A stretch of DNA of 64,000 nt from Syntrophorhabdaceae bacterium (GTDB lineage: Bacteria; Desulfobacterota; Syntrophorhabdia; Syntrophorhabdales; Syntrophorhabdaceae), in contig CAXXUO010000008.1 in NCBI GenBank assembly GCA_963666485.2, positions 96,001-160,000 on the forward strand. Direction: 5' to 3'. The notes under the pieces are model-generated. The model did not search any database, had not been told where the DNA came from, and saw only the letters and a list, made by a program, of their open reading frames with translations. A program made the translations under genes and the position numbers. Shown here in pieces: positions 19,863 through 33,171 of the stretch. The first letter of the stretch is position 1, and the number at the start of each line of letters is the position of its first letter.

Positions 19863-20654
19863 TTACAGGACCTTTGCCTCGTCTTTCAGTGCTTTCACGA
19901 GGCCCTTCGCCTTCTCCTCGGGGGTTAGCCCGTCTATGATGTGCACCTCGGGTCTTTTGGCCGGCAATTCGTAGGAAAGCACCTCGACCCGGGACGATCC
20001 GTTGTCTATCGGTCCAAAGGGTGTACCGAGCGAGGCGGGATCGATGACGGCTATTTCTGTTTTCATCGCCTTCATCACCCCCGTGATAAGCGGGACCCTG
20101 GGTTCATTAAGGCCCTTCTGCGCGGTAAAGAGCGCCGGCAGCGTAATTTCCGAGACTTTCCTGCCGCCTTCTATCTCGTTTTCCACCTCGGCCTTCGCCG
20201 CATCGAGCATGGTCAGCTTGCTTATCTGGCTGACGTGGGAAATACCGAGAAATTCGGCCGCCATTGCCCCCACGTTGGCGCTCTCATCGTCCATCGCCTG
20301 CCGTCCGCACAGGATCAGGCCGAAGCCTTCACTCTTTGCGTAGGACGCCAGGATGCGGGCAATAATAAGCGGGTCATCCGTTTCGAAATTCGAACTGTCG
20401 ATACGGACGGCCCTGTCGGCACCCATCGCTATCGTCGTTCTCAAGGCTTCCGTGGCCCTTGCCGGTGCAAAGGTACATACCGTGATCTGAACATCTTTGA
20501 GCGCCTCTTTTATCCGTATCGCCTCTTCAACGGCAAATTCGTCGAAGAAATTCACGACATACTTGTTTTCGATCTCAAGGCTTTTCTGATCGGAGCTTAT
20601 GATTATCCGGGCTTCCGTATCGGCAACCTGTTTGACAAACACCAGAACATTCAC
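19863..20654 (-). CDS. etfB: Electron transfer flavoprotein beta subunit
   Basis: VKQVAD, NFFDEFAVEEA, AMGADRA, CGRQAMD, NEPR; GTG start 20654 after AAGGAGG. Confidence 0.95.
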   Translation of the reverse strand: MNVLVFVKQVADTEARIIISSDQKSLEIENKYVVNFFDEFAVEEAIRIKEALKDVQITVCTFAPARATEALRTTIAMGADRAVRIDSSNFETDDPLIIARILASYAKSEGFGLILCGRQAMDDESANVGAMAAEFLGISHVSQISKLTMLDAAKAEVENEIEGGRKVSEITLPALFTAQKGLNEPRVPLITGVMKAMKTEIAVIDPASLGTPFGPIDNGSSRVEVLSYELPAKRPEVHIIDGLTPEEKAKGLVKALKDEAKVL

Positions 20655-20920
20655 GTCTTCACGCCTCCTTTGGCTCCTGATATGGTCCAATAAACTTAAC
20701 TAAAAGAAATGACCGGTCTTAAGGCAGGGAAACAGCTACTATGGTAAATGTACCAAAACCCTTTTTTTATCCTGAATTTACCTTCAAAATAACCGGGCCG
20801 GAATTTTGGATAAATTATTTTACCGTACCCGTTTTGTCAAGAAAAAATTGATGGCAAACAGGCCTGAAAGGCGATGTCAGTATTTGAATTTATTTAACTT
20901 TTGCTGTCTACGTTCTCAGT

Positions 20921-22465
20921 CTACAGATCGACAAATGAACGCAGCAGCTTGGCCCTCATCGGGTGCCTCAGTTTCTTCAAGGCCTTTGCCTCGATCTGGC
21001 GTATCCGTTCCCGGGTCACCTCAAAGACCTGCCCCACTTCCTCGAGCGTATGGTCCTGTCTCTCGCCCAATCCGAAACGCATCCGGACGACCCTCTCTTC
21101 CCTCGGTGACAGCGTCGAGAGAATATTGTTGAGATTATTGACCAGGTCATCGTAAATGGCCGAATCCTGGGGGGTCAGGACGTTCTTGTCCTCGATAAAA
21201 TCAGCGAGATGCGTGTCTTCGTCATCATTGATCGGCGTCTCGAGCGAGATAGGCTCTTTTGTGATCCTCAGGACCCGCCGCACCTTTTCCGATGAGAAGC
21301 CTATCCTGTCCGCGATCTCGTCAGGGTACGGTTCCCTTCCTAGTTCCTGCACGAGCCCCCGGGACACCCGGATGATCTTGTTGATCGTTTCGATCATATG
21401 CACCGGGATGCGGATGGTCCGGGCCTGGTCCGCTATCGCCCGCGTGATAGACTGACGGATCCACCAGGTCGCATAGGTGCTGAACTTGTAGCCGCGTTTG
21501 TACTCAAACCTGTCCACCGCTTTCATGAGCCCGATGTTGCCTTCCTGGATAAGGTCGAGAAGCGACAGGCCCCTGTTGATATACCTTTTCGCAATGCTCA
21601 CGACGAGCCGCAGGTTGGCCTTGACAAGCTCGTTCTTGGCCCCCGCAAAGTCAAGCTCCGCCGTCTCGATGCGCTTCAAGGACTGCCTGAGAGCCTTGGA
21701 CGATATTCCGATCTCGTCCTCCAGTCTCGTCTTTCTGTTCATCAGGGCCGCGAGGTGCCTCTTGTTCCCGGCTTCTTTCAATTTCTTGTACCGGGCTATC
21801 TCTGCCTCGATCTTTTCGATGCGCTCCACATACCGCTTCATACGCATGATTATCTTTTCGGTGATCTTTTTGCTCAGGTTGATCTCCGTGATTATCTTCT
21901 GCATTTCCTTGCTGTGGCCCTCTTTACGGGCATTCTTGATCTTTGAATGTTCATCCTTGAGCTTCTCAAGCAGTGAAATGACCCGGTCTCTCTGGAATTC
22001 AAGCTCCGTGTCGCCTTCCTCGTCATCATCCGCTTCGATCGTGATGTCCTTGACCGCCGCCTTCGATGTCTTGAGGGCCATCAGTGCGTTCAGTAATTCC
22101 TTTACCGTTCCGGGAAAAGACAGGAGGACCTGTTTTATATCCTCCTTCGCTTCTTCCATAAGGCGTGCTATCTCCTTCTCGCCCTCCCGGGTAAGAAGTG
22201 CCATGCTGCCCATTTCCTTGATGTAGTGACGGATCGGATTGATCAGATCGTCGTCGTACACCTCATCAAGGTCCCCCTCCAGAACCTCGTCAGCTTCTAC
22301 GTTTTCCCCGGTTTCCAGCGTCTCCTGGTGCTCGATCTCGAAAAGATCGATGTCATCGAGGATATTGCTGGGTTTTTCCCCCCGGGATATGAAAGCGTAG
22401 AGCTCCCCATTTTCGAGGTTCTCTTCATAAGGATAAAATCTCCTTACTTTTTCAGGCATGTCCAC
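20921..22465 (-). CDS. rpoD: RNA polymerase primary sigma factor
   Basis: [46 protein letters not shown]; follows dnaG. Confidence 0.95.
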   Translation of the reverse strand: MDMPEKVRRFYPYEENLENGELYAFISRGEKPSNILDDIDLFEIEHQETLETGENVEADEVLEGDLDEVYDDDLINPIRHYIKEMGSMALLTREGEKEIARLMEEAKEDIKQVLLSFPGTVKELLNALMALKTSKAAVKDITIEADDDEEGDTELEFQRDRVISLLEKLKDEHSKIKNARKEGHSKEMQKIITEINLSKKITEKIIMRMKRYVERIEKIEAEIARYKKLKEAGNKRHLAALMNRKTRLEDEIGISSKALRQSLKRIETAELDFAGAKNELVKANLRLVVSIAKRYINRGLSLLDLIQEGNIGLMKAVDRFEYKRGYKFSTYATWWIRQSITRAIADQARTIRIPVHMIETINKIIRVSRGLVQELGREPYPDEIADRIGFSSEKVRRVLRITKEPISLETPINDDEDTHLADFIEDKNVLTPQDSAIYDDLVNNLNNILSTLSPREERVVRMRFGLGERQDHTLEEVGQVFEVTRERIRQIEAKALKKLRHPMRAKLLRSFVDL

Positions 22466-22469
22466 CTCT

Positions 22470-24182
22470 CTATAAAAAATTATTTTTTATATGCGCCAAT
22501 ACCTGCTTCTTTTGTTCCATGAGTTCCGTAATTGCCGCGGCGTCCCCCTTCGTCTCCGCTTCGGCAAGCTTCTCGGTGATCTTTTTTGACTTGTCCCTGA
22601 AAAACTGACGTTCAATGTGCCTGAAATAATCCAGGAAGACCTTTTCGGGTTCGTCGGCATCTTCAGGGATACGGTCAAACGCTGCGTCGAGGACAAGCGC
22701 CTTCAAGTCCTCTTTATCCAGTACATCAATGAAATCCCGTACGTTGAGCGTGTTGCCGCGTTCAAACCAGGTCAGCATCTTTGCCATTATTTCCCGGACA
22801 TCCGCATTTTTTATGTATTCCAATTCCTCCTTTCCGTGTAAGTGCTGGAGCAGTTCGGGACGGGCAATGCAGGCATTGATGACCTTTTTTTCGATAACGG
22901 CCTTTGCCGTATCCGTCTTTTCGGTCCCGCTAACGGCCCCGTATATCTTTTTGGGAGCAAAATGCTCCTCTTCAACCCCGGTCAATTGGGAAAGACGTTT
23001 TATATATAACTGCCGTTTGATCGTGTCCCTGATCGCTTCGATATGAGGCATGACCTGTTTTATAAAGACCTGTTTTCCCCGGACGGTGGAAAGTGCCTCT
23101 TTGTCCGAATACTGGTCGAAGTAAAAATCGAGGACCGGTTTCTTGCTCTTCAGGATCTCCTGCAATGCCCCGGCACCTTTTTCCCGGACAAAGCTGTCGG
23201 GGTCGTGGCCTTCGGGCAGAACGACCATCATACCGTTCACGTCCATCTCCGCAAAAAGCCCGATGAGCCTCAGTGCACTCTTTATCCCGGCAGGGTCGCC
23301 GTCAAGCATGAGCGTGATATTCTCCGTGTAGTTCCGCAATTTCCCGATCTGCCCCTCGGTCACGGATGTCCCGAGCGTGGAGACCGCGTTCTTTATACCT
23401 GCCCGGTAGAGGCCTATCAGGTCGAAATACCCCTCGACAATGAAGACCTCGTCCGCATCGGCAATATATCTCTTTGTCCGGTCGATGCCGAACAGCGAAT
23501 TGCGTTTCGAGAATACGGAGGATTCGGGTGAATTGACATACTTCGGCAGCCCGTCTTTCTCTAATGTCCTTCCGCCAAAACCGATCACCCTTTTATTGAC
23601 ATCTATGATGGGAATGACGACGCGCCCGCTGAACATGTCGTAGAATTGATTTTCCTTGACCCTGACGATGCCGGTAGAGAGAAAGACATCAACAGGTACC
23701 CCCGTGCTGTTCAGGGCCGCCTTGAGACCGTCGCGCGACCGGGGACTGTACCCGATCCGGAATTCCTCGATGATATCGCCGGAGATGCCCCTTTTTTCGA
23801 GGTATTCCCGTGAGGCGGCACTTGCCCTAAGACCCTTCTGATAATACTCACACAGCCGCTCCAGGGCGTCGTAATGGCCCGCTTTTCTCCTGTCGCCTTT
23901 CCTTTCCACCTCTATGCCGTATTCGCGGCCGAGGTGCTCCAAGGCCTCGACAAACGTGAGGTTCTCGTATTTCATGATGAAACTGATCGCGTTGCCGCCT
24001 TCCCTGCAGCCAAAGCAATAGAATATCTGCTTTTCGTGGCTTACCGTGAATGAGGGGGTCTTCTCCCTGTGAAAAGGGCACAGGCCCATGAAATCCTTAC
24101 CGGCTTTCCTCAATTTTACATATTGTGATACGACGTCGACTATGTTGACCTTCTGGAGAAGTTCATCGACCGACGCCTTCAT
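22470..24182 (-). CDS. dnaG: DNA primase
   Basis: CPFH...CFGC zinc finger, KYVNSPE, VEGYFD, TOPRIM DGD, DPD. Confidence 0.97.
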   Translation of the reverse strand: MKASVDELLQKVNIVDVVSQYVKLRKAGKDFMGLCPFHREKTPSFTVSHEKQIFYCFGCREGGNAISFIMKYENLTFVEALEHLGREYGIEVERKGDRRKAGHYDALERLCEYYQKGLRASAASREYLEKRGISGDIIEEFRIGYSPRSRDGLKAALNSTGVPVDVFLSTGIVRVKENQFYDMFSGRVVIPIIDVNKRVIGFGGRTLEKDGLPKYVNSPESSVFSKRNSLFGIDRTKRYIADADEVFIVEGYFDLIGLYRAGIKNAVSTLGTSVTEGQIGKLRNYTENITLMLDGDPAGIKSALRLIGLFAEMDVNGMMVVLPEGHDPDSFVREKGAGALQEILKSKKPVLDFYFDQYSDKEALSTVRGKQVFIKQVMPHIEAIRDTIKRQLYIKRLSQLTGVEEEHFAPKKIYGAVSGTEKTDTAKAVIEKKVINACIARPELLQHLHGKEELEYIKNADVREIMAKMLTWFERGNTLNVRDFIDVLDKEDLKALVLDAAFDRIPEDADEPEKVFLDYFRHIERQFFRDKSKKITEKLAEAETKGDAAAITELMEQKKQVLAHIKNNFL

Positions 24183-26482
24183 GCGAACTCCACGACTGTA
24201 ACCCCCGCGTTGCGTTCATCTGCGTGAAACGCCTTTACGTACGGCGTATCGGAAAGCCTTTCCCTGACTGCCTGCATGAGCCTTCCCGTCCCCACACCGT
24301 GGACCACCTTCACGCCGGACACACCCTGAACCACTGCCCTGTCGATAAACTGGTCGAGCCTTTTCACGGCCTCCTCGACACGCAGACCGACGATGTTGAG
24401 CTCAGGCGCCCCAATGGGTTCCACGGTTATTTGGGTGTTATCTTTCGATACCCTTTTTGGACCTTCGATCGCCCGGGTGATGAACATCCGTTTCAGCTTC
24501 GTTCTTACGTTGCCAACGGCAACTTCGAAAACATTACCCTCTTTGTCGATGTCTACGACATATCCTTTGCTTCCGAGAGTCTTCACCAGAACGTAGTCGC
24601 CTATTCGGATCTCCTCCCTGGCCTCCTTAGCTGGTCCCCCAACCTTTTCCCTCAAGGAACGAATTCGTTCCTTACTCTTTGTTATAGACGTTCTTTCTCT
24701 TTTTGCAACATCTTTTTTTATAAATTCTATCTCGATCTCCAGCTGGAGCAGCTTTTCCTGGCACTTCTCTTCCCATTTCCGGGTATATTCGTCCTTCTTT
24801 TCGCGGATGAGTTTGAGGCGTTCACGCGCCTCTTCCTTCAATTTTTTGAGCTCCAGGCGCTCTTTTTGCGCCTTTGCCGTCTCTTTTTCCAGGCTCGTGA
24901 TCAGGTCGTTGAGTAAAAATTCCTGTTCGTTGAGATATGTATAGCTTTTTTCGATTATCGCCTGCGGTACGTTGATGTTCTTCGCAACGTTTATCGCGTT
25001 GGAATACCCGGCAGTGCCGTAGACGAGCTGGTACAGGGGCTTCATGTTCTGCGAATCAAAGGATGTGGCCACGTTGAGCGCGAAATCCTTCATGTAGCCG
25101 TATGCCTTGATCAGGTTGAGGTGCGTTGTCACGACCATCCGGCACCCTTTCTCGACAAAGGCATCCATCACGCCCATTGCAAGGGCGGAAGCCTCCTGCG
25201 GCTCCGTATTCCCGCCTATTTCGTCGATGAGAACGAGCTCGTCTCCGCGCGCGCTGAGATAGAGGTCCTTTATCGCGTACATGTGCGCGGTGAAACTCGA
25301 AAGCTCCATCGCGATATCCTGCTCGTCCCCGATGAGGGCAAATATGTTGGAAAAGAGGGGTATGACAGGCTTTTCCGTCGCGGGGACGAAAAGGCCCGTC
25401 TTCGCCATGAGCGACAAGAGGCCGATCGTTTTCAGCGCTGCCGTCTTCCCTCCCGCATTCGGGCCGCTGATGATCATGACCTTCTCTTTTTCCTTCATGA
25501 CGATATCTATCGGTACGGCATCATTCTTTTTCGACAGAGATATGAAAGGATTGACGGCCTTCTTTATCTCCATCATCCCTTTCGTCGTCACCTCGGGCCT
25601 GACGCACTTGAACTCGTGGCAGAAAAGGGCCATGGCATGATAGAGATCGAGCTCGCCAAGGAGCTCGATATTCCGCGTGAGCTGGTCCCTGAACCCGCGC
25701 GCAAAATCTGTCAGTTCGTGAAGGATCCTCTTTTCTTCTTCCTTCTCTTCGTTGACGAGAATGTTGATGCTGTTGTTGAGCTCGACGCATTCGACCGGTT
25801 CGACAAAAGATGTCTTCAGTGAATGCGAATAATCATGGACGATACCCTGGATAGCCTCATTGAAATTGGGCTTCAACGGGATGACGTACCTGTTGTTCCT
25901 CAAGGATATATACTCGTCCTGGATGATCGGCCGCACCGATTCCCGGCCCATTATCCGGTCAAGCTGCTTCTTGATCTTTTCCCTGTTCTGGAAAAGCTCT
26001 GACCGTATGCGCGACAGGTCATATGACGCACTGTCCTCGAGATATCCCTCGATATTGACGGAACGGGTGATCTTTTTCTGCAGGGCGGAGAGCTTGTCGA
26101 GGCCCGCAATGAGGGTCTCGATGTATTCCCTCTTCTTGAAGGCCCGCGTGAGGAAAGACGCAGTGTCGGAACACGACCTGATAAAACCGGTCAGTGTCAG
26201 GAACTCCGAGGATTCGAGGACGGAATCCCTGATGCCTATTCTTTGAACGATCGGTGTGACGTCGGGGACGTCGCCAAACGGTATCCTGCCGTCCCACTTG
26301 ATCACGTCCATGACCGCCTCGATCCTGTCGTGGCGCGTACGTATCTCGTCGATATCATCGAGCGGGCGGAACGAGAGCAGTTCGTTTCTCGAAAAGGGTG
26401 TTTCAGAATATGTGAGGATTACGTCGCGGAGCTTGAGATAATCGAGGTATGATAAAGTCTTATCGACCATACCGGCTTTCAA
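24179..26482 (-). CDS. mutS2: MutS2 with C-terminal Smr domain
   Basis: GPNAGGKT, IGDEQDI..LSSFTAH, DEIG, TTH, VHGVGTGRL. Confidence 0.94.
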   Translation of the reverse strand: MKAGMVDKTLSYLDYLKLRDVILTYSETPFSRNELLSFRPLDDIDEIRTRHDRIEAVMDVIKWDGRIPFGDVPDVTPIVQRIGIRDSVLESSEFLTLTGFIRSCSDTASFLTRAFKKREYIETLIAGLDKLSALQKKITRSVNIEGYLEDSASYDLSRIRSELFQNREKIKKQLDRIMGRESVRPIIQDEYISLRNNRYVIPLKPNFNEAIQGIVHDYSHSLKTSFVEPVECVELNNSINILVNEEKEEEKRILHELTDFARGFRDQLTRNIELLGELDLYHAMALFCHEFKCVRPEVTTKGMMEIKKAVNPFISLSKKNDAVPIDIVMKEKEKVMIISGPNAGGKTAALKTIGLLSLMAKTGLFVPATEKPVIPLFSNIFALIGDEQDIAMELSSFTAHMYAIKDLYLSARGDELVLIDEIGGNTEPQEASALAMGVMDAFVEKGCRMVVTTHLNLIKAYGYMKDFALNVATSFDSQNMKPLYQLVYGTAGYSNAINVAKNINVPQAIIEKSYTYLNEQEFLLNDLITSLEKETAKAQKERLELKKLKEEARERLKLIREKKDEYTRKWEEKCQEKLLQLEIEIEFIKKDVAKRERTSITKSKERIRSLREKVGGPAKEAREEIRIGDYVLVKTLGSKGYVVDIDKEGNVFEVAVGNVRTKLKRMFITRAIEGPKRVSKDNTQITVEPIGAPELNIVGLRVEEAVKRLDQFIDRAVVQGVSGVKVVHGVGTGRLMQAVRERLSDTPYVKAFHADERNAGVTVVEFA

Positions 26483-26491
26483 CTGTCGTTA

Positions 26492-26937
26492 TCATGATGA
26501 CAGTCTTTTAAGCACCATTGCACTTAACAATTTTCCTTCAATCCTCCCGGGGAACTTGTCCATGAGGAATTTAATGACCTTGCCCATCTCTTTGCGGTCT
26601 TTCGCACCGGTAGCGGCTATAGCGTCCTCGATCTCTTTCGTGATCTCGTCCTCAGTTAATTGAGAGGGCTGGAACTCCTTCAGGATTTCCAGCTCCTTCT
26701 CTTCTTTTTCCGCAAGTTCTAAACGCTGACCTTTTTGAAGCTTTCGATGGAGTCGTTGTGCTGCTTTATCGATGTCTTGATGAGGGCGAAAAACTCTTCG
26801 TCCGTCAGAGGCCTGATCTTCTCTACTTCCTTGTTCTTGATAGCGGCAAGGAGCATCCTGAAAACGGACACCCGGATGGCGTCCCTTTTCTTCAAAGCCT
26901 CTTTCAAACCATTTTCAATTGTGGATCGATAGTCCAT
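26492..26937 (-). CDS. GatB/YqeY domain protein with a one-base deletion in the A run at about 26732-26736
   Basis: Adding one A gives ...ESFKKGQRLELAEKEEKELEILKEFQP.QL...EMGKVIK...LKRLSS*; usual position after rpsU. Confidence 0.88.
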
Positions 26938-26943
26938 CTATTC

Positions 26944-27153
26944 CTAGTAAAGACCTTTGTCCATGGTTCTCTTGAGTTTTTTCAGAGCTCTCTTCTTGGC
27001 AGCGAGAATTTTCTTTTTTCTCTTTACGCTGGGTTTTTCGTAGTGTTCTCTTTTTTTGATCTCGGAGAGAATCCCGGTTTTTTCACACTGCTTCTTAAAC
27101 CTTTTGAGGGCGCTCTCGAAGGATTCACCTTCTCTTATAATAACTGCTGGCAT
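26944..27153 (-). CDS. rpsU: 30S ribosomal protein S21
   Basis: [12 protein letters not shown]...[13 protein letters not shown]. Confidence 0.97.
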   Translation of the reverse strand: MPAVIIREGESFESALKRFKKQCEKTGILSEIKKREHYEKPSVKRKKKILAAKKRALKKLKRTMDKGLY

Positions 27154-27298
27154 CCATTCTTCCCTCCCTCCGTAGGTCCGTTAGATTTAAAGCTCCATAT
27201 TAAAACCGAAAAATCGGCCAAAGTCAACAGGTTTTAGCGGTTTTAACGTTGGTATTCGTCGATCGACGGATAAGATAAGCTCAAGTTCGTTGTTATTC

Positions 27299-28003
27299 TT
27301 AACCCTTCTTCAGAACAGTCCCGTCTTTATACGCAAACATCGTATCTTTCTGGTGCTGTGCCACGACGGTCCGGAGGCTGTCTATCCTGTTGCGCCAGCC
27401 CTTCAAATATTTCGCATATACCTGCGGTTTCCCGACGGCCAGCCTGACGTAGCGCTTCTCCCGCATGTCGAGGTAATTATCGATGTCGCCGCCCGATCTC
27501 TGCAATATCTTCTGCGCGGCTGCCGGGCTGTTGACATACGTGTCAAAATGGACGATGCACAGGGGATATGGCAGGGAACCTGCCCCCGACCTGTCCCAGA
27601 TCTTCCGGTAGATGGCCTCTACCTGGTCCGGGCGGATGTTCTTGATATTTCCCTGGTATCCGAAGGCCCGGGCGGTCGACTGGAGTATGCCATAGCGCGA
27701 GGCTCCTTTTCCTGCGTCCTCCCTGACAAGCCTGCTCCCTTCTTTCTTGAGGACGAAATCGAGGCATTTCCGAAAAAGTGCATTTTCATCGGGCTTGACC
27801 GCCTCGGCCGGCGCAGCCGGTGATGTTGCGGCACTGAAGGTTGCCGGCCGGTCATTGACGAGCTGGAGGAGGGTCTGCTCGAAACCTGATGCCTGCGGGT
27901 TGACGGTAAAATTTTCCGGGTTTCTCCGAAGGCCCTGTGTGTACCGATACAGTGCAGTTTGGGATATATCGAGATCGGTAGCCATGATGGGGCTATATTG
28001 CAA
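27299..28003 (-). CDS. Glycoside hydrolase family 108-like peptidoglycan hydrolase
   Basis: FVLKKEG...GASRYGI...AIYRKIWD...LPYPL.IVHFDTYVNS and C-terminal KYLKGWRNR; start uncertain. Confidence 0.7.
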   Translation of the reverse strand: MQYSPIMATDLDISQTALYRYTQGLRRNPENFTVNPQASGFEQTLLQLVNDRPATFSAATSPAAPAEAVKPDENALFRKCLDFVLKKEGSRLVREDAGKGASRYGILQSTARAFGYQGNIKNIRPDQVEAIYRKIWDRSGAGSLPYPLCIVHFDTYVNSPAAAQKILQRSGGDIDNYLDMREKRYVRLAVGKPQVYAKYLKGWRNRIDSLRTVVAQHQKDTMFAYKDGTVLKKG

Positions 28004-28048
28004 CAGTTATGCCATCTCTTGTTTATAAAGGTCCTACAAAAGGGAGGG

Positions 28049-28063
28049 GCAATACGTGTGCCC
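28049..28063 (-). promoter_or_regulatory. Putative sigma54 (-24/-12) promoter
   Basis: Minus strand GGGCACACGTATTGC, i.e. GG-N10-GC with GGCAC and TTGC. Confidence 0.5.
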
Positions 28064-28103
28064 GAACGGGGCCAAAGCTGTCAGAATACTGACAGGCTTA
28101 AGA

Positions 28104-29435
<1,332 letters not shown>

Positions 29436-29474
29436 CTATCGTACAATGGGGGATAAATCAAGAAGATAAAAAAA

Positions 29475-29546
29475 GGCGTAAGGCGTGAGAGCGTAAGGCG
29501 TAAGGCGTAAAAGAAACGGCGTACGGCGTACGGCGTACGGCTGACG
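29475..29546. repeat. Heptamer arrays (GGCGTAA)n and (GGCGTAC)x3
   Basis: Visible tandem units; a related inverted array (TTTAGCC)x3 lies at about 29933-29953. Confidence 0.85.
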
Positions 29547-29646
29547 GGTAAATATCGCGACATCGTGGGCTGGTGTTTGTGCCGCAATAACATGCACTAA
29601 AAAAACACCCGGATATAGCGAACGAGGATATACCACGACAACCCGT

Positions 29647-29915
29647 CGTCATTCCCGCCCCACCCCGCGTCATTCCCGCCTCACCCTCCGTCATTCCCCG
29701 CGAAAGCGGGAATCCAGTGTCTTTGTCTTTTAATCTTTAATAGGTTGATAATGTCGGCCTTTTTGTGTACAAGGCTGCCAACGGCTGATCAATAGACACA
29801 CGATACGTGCATGATTGCGGGTGTTACCCAAAAGACCAACTGAAAAGACACTGGATTCCCGCTTCGCGGGAATGACGGTCGGTGGTGAGGATTCCCGCTT
29901 TCGCCGGAATGGACG
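29647..29915. repeat. REP-like cluster: three CGTCATTCCC starts at 21-nt period plus inverted arms
   Basis: CGTCATTCCC at 29647, 29668, 29689; ...GCGAAAGCGGGAATCCAGTGTCTTT; inverted arm AAAGACACTGGATTCCCGCTTCGCGGGAATGACG ending 29877; extra arm 29889-29915. Confidence 0.88.
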
Positions 29916-29947
29916 GCAGAGAGATAGAAGCCTTTAGCCTTTAGCCT

Positions 29948-31011
29948 TTAGCCGTTCCTCTTCTTTCCCTCAAAGAGACTGTCCATCTTCAAGGCTGGCT
30001 TTGTTGACAGGTTGAGGTGATGAAATGCCCTCTCCGATGCCTTGCGTCCCTGCGAGGTGCGGATGATGAATCCGCTTTTGAGGAGGAACGGTTCAACGAC
30101 CTCGATGAGGACGTCGGATTCGAGCTGGAGGGTTGCAGCGAGAGCCTCGATACCGACAGGGCCCCCCTTGTAATTGAGGATTATCGTGGCAAGCAGTTTT
30201 CTATCGGTTTCACTTAGGCCGTGATCATCGATCCCTTCGAGCCCCAGCGCATCTATGGCGACACTCTTCGTTATCACGCCCTTTGCCCTGACCTCGGCCG
30301 TAATCACGGACACGCTTCAAGAGCCGGTTTGCCACGCGCGGTGTCCCGCGGGCACGTTTTGCCGTCTCGACGGCGCCCTCTTCGTCCTATTGCGACACCG
30401 AGTATTGCCGCCGAACGCTTGATGATCTTCACGAGGTCCTCGTCTATATAAAAGTCGAGGTCCCTGACAATCCCGAAACGTTCCCTCAACGGCGACGACA
30501 AAAGACCGGAGCGCGTCGTCGCACCGATCAGTGTGAAGTGTTCAAGGCGATAACGGTGCGTCCGGGCGTGAATCCCCTTGTCGAAGATAAAATCGACCGC
30601 AAAGTCCTCCATTGCGGGGTAGAGGAATTCTTCCACGATCTTCGGGATACGGTGGATCTCGTCGATGAAAAAGATGTCCCCCTTTTCGAGATGCGTGAGA
30701 AGGCCCATCAGGTCCCCGCCTTTTTCAAGCGCCGGGCCGGAGGACGTAACGATCCGTGTGCCCATCTCGTTGGCGATGATATGTGCGAGTGTCGTTTTAC
30801 CGAGGCCCGGGGGGCCGTTAAAGAGAATGTGCTCGAGCGGCTCACCGCGCTTTAAGGCGGCCTCGATCGCTATCTGGAGCGTTTCGACAATGGTATTCTG
30901 GCCGACATATTCGGAAAGCCTGCTCGGGCGCAGCGTCACAACGGTTTCATCGCCGGCGCCCTCATCCCTCTTATACAATTCAGATATGTCGGAGTTTTCT
31001 TCCTGTATCAT
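29948..31011 (-). CDS. ruvB: Holliday junction branch migration helicase RuvB with two +1 insertions
   Basis: [27 protein letters not shown]; removing extra G at about 30386 and 30298 restores [19 protein letters not shown]-terminal GGPVGI, EPFLL. Confidence 0.95.
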
Positions 31012-31622
31012 TCTTTCTGTCCTCTATACACCTCTTCGAACAACTCTTCGGATGAGGCGATACGGGGGTTCCTTTTCATTGCGTCCTGTATCATCTGCCG
31101 CGCTTCGAGAAGCTTATGGCCAAGCTGGGTAACAAGGACGTGCTCGACGTCCTTCATGAAGTCCTCCACCACCGGTGCCGCGGCCGCGGTCTCGGGCATG
31201 AGGGCGTATTTCGCCACCCTTCCCTTCAATGTCGCAACGATCTTGTCCGCCTTCCTCTCGCCTATACCTTTAAGCTTCCGGAGCGATTTCGCGTCCTTAC
31301 CCTCTATGTACCGGGCTATCTCGCGGATCGGCTGTGTCAGGGCCTTGATCGCGGCCATCGGGCCGATATCCTCGACCATGATAAAGAGCTCGAAGAACTC
31401 CCGGTCGAGCTCGTGGCGGAAACCAACAAGGACCGGCTTCGGCTGCCTCTCCGTCTGGTGAAAGGAGATATAGAGTTCCAGGTCCTCATCCACCTTCTTT
31501 GACCTGCGGATATCCGTCATCACGAATGCCGGGATGAGCACATCGTACCCTATCCCGCCGACAAGGAGCGTGAGGCGCTCGTCGTAGATGCCTTTTATTT
31601 TTCCTGTCAGATAAGCGATCAT
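31008..31622 (-). CDS. ruvA: Holliday junction DNA-binding protein RuvA
   Basis: MIAYLTG, VGGIGY, HhH motifs IGP and KGIGERKA; between ruvC and ruvB. Confidence 0.93.
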   Translation of the reverse strand: MIAYLTGKIKGIYDERLTLLVGGIGYDVLIPAFVMTDIRRSKKVDEDLELYISFHQTERQPKPVLVGFRHELDREFFELFIMVEDIGPMAAIKALTQPIREIARYIEGKDAKSLRKLKGIGERKADKIVATLKGRVAKYALMPETAAAAPVVEDFMKDVEHVLVTQLGHKLLEARQMIQDAMKRNPRIASSEELFEEVYRGQKE

Positions 31623-32104
31623 ATCACGGCCCTGTATTCCCTGCGGTAATATGTGGCAAGCGCGACGGCAAGCGCGTCCGATGCGTGGAACGATGAAACG
31701 TTGTTTATCTTCAGTGCACTGACTACCGCGTCCCTGATCTGTTTCTTTCCGGCGTTGCCGAACCCCACCAGTGCATTCTTGATCTCTTTCGGCGCGATCT
31801 CCTGTACCGGCAACCCCCGTTCACGGGCTGTAACATAAAGCACGCCGAGGACGCTTCCGAGAAGAATGCCCGCCCGGGGATACCGCACCAGCGAAAAGAC
31901 ATCCTCTATCGCAACAAGATCAGGTTTCACCTGGTCAATTATCGTGTTCATATCGCCATGGATTTGCATGAGCCTGTTCGGGACCGTATCCGTTGTAAAT
32001 GTTTTTATAGCGCCGCACTTTATCAGGCCGGGCGTCTTCCCGTCGCATTGCAGCGCCCCGAACCCCGTGCTCGCGAGTCCCGGATCGATGCCGAGGATGA
32101 TCAT
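31619..32104 (-). CDS. ruvC: Crossover junction endodeoxyribonuclease RuvC
   Basis: ILGIDPGLASTGFG, AIEDVF, GFGNAGKKQI, SDALAVA; ATG at 32104. Confidence 0.95.
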   Translation of the reverse strand: MIILGIDPGLASTGFGALQCDGKTPGLIKCGAIKTFTTDTVPNRLMQIHGDMNTIIDQVKPDLVAIEDVFSLVRYPRAGILLGSVLGVLYVTARERGLPVQEIAPKEIKNALVGFGNAGKKQIRDAVVSALKINNVSSFHASDALAVALATYYRREYRAVI

Positions 32105-32158
32105 GAATGCACCATGTGGACAATGATAGCAAGTGGGGATGGGTTTGTAAATGAAAAG

Positions 32159-32510
32159 ACGGCTAACGGCGTACGGCGTACGGCTAACGGAAAAAATGAA
32201 AAGGCAGCCGAAGGAAAAAGTGGGAAATGGAAAGCCTGGCCAGGGACTAACGGAAAGGAATAAAGATGCATTAGTCAGGAAAATTGCTGACAACTCCGGG
32301 TTCAGAAGAGGTGAGCGAAACGGTGGTCATAGGAGCCTAACGGGCGAACCGGTGGTCAACACAAATGCTGACTAGAGCAACTGCTGACTGTCCTGCATTA
32401 TCGGAACCTTTACACCTTTACCTTTTCCCTGCTCTCCTTTCGCCGTTAGCCGTACGCCGTTAGCCGTACGCCGTTAGCCGTACGCCGTATGCCGTATGCC
32501 GTACGCCGTT
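32159..32510. repeat. Inverted pair of heptamer arrays: GGCTAAC/GGCGTAC units ... about nine GCCGTTA/GCCGTAC/GCCGTAT units
   Basis: Left array about 32159-32190, right array about 32442-32510, about 250-nt spacer. Confidence 0.88.
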
Positions 32511-32514
32511 CCCC

Positions 32515-32543
32515 TTGCCTATCGCCCCTCTTTTCAGTATACT
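32515..32543 (+). promoter_or_regulatory. Putative sigma70 promoter giving a leaderless tadA transcript
   Basis: TTGCCT, 17 nt, TATACT (32538-32543); ATG at 32550; no Shine-Dalgarno. Confidence 0.6.
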
Positions 32544-32988
32544 TGTTGGATGTTTGACGAAGAGTCCATGGAGTTATGCCTTGCCGAGGCGCGGGCGGCG
32601 TGGGCGGAGGATGAGGTGCCGGTGGGCGCCGTGATCACCGATGAAAAAGGTACGATCGTGGCGCAGGCGCACAACATGACGCGCTCGCTCAATAACCCGT
32701 CTGCACATGCCGAGATGCTCGCGATCGAACGGGCGGCCAAAGTTCTGGGCAATTACCGCCTGACAGGATGCACGCTCTTCGTCACGATGGAGCCATGCCT
32801 GATGTGTGCGGGAGCGATCATAGAGGCACGGCTCAAGAGGCTCGTATTCGGGTGCCATGATGAAAAACGCGGTGCGTTCGGTTCCGTCATTGACGCGAAC
32901 CTTTTGCCGCTCAACCATAAAGTCGCTATAACCGGCGGGGTCCTCAAAGAGGATTGCGCCAAACTCCTGAAAGATTTTTTCTCACTGC

Positions 32989-33082
<94 letters not shown>

Positions 33083-33171
33083 TACATCCGGCATTATCAC
33101 GACAATAATTCCACACTTCCCTCCCCTCGTTACTTTGTGGTAATAATTTCGTATCGGATAATAGCAAAACC

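Noticed and set aside
29458..29694. ORFs made of repeat translations (also 13965, 32496 and 32293 extensions)
   Set aside because: Peptides such as PYALTPYA and FHVPR come from heptamer or REP repeats.
29647..29716. Possible CRISPR array
   Set aside because: Period is 21 nt with similar short inter-repeat segments, and no cas genes are present.
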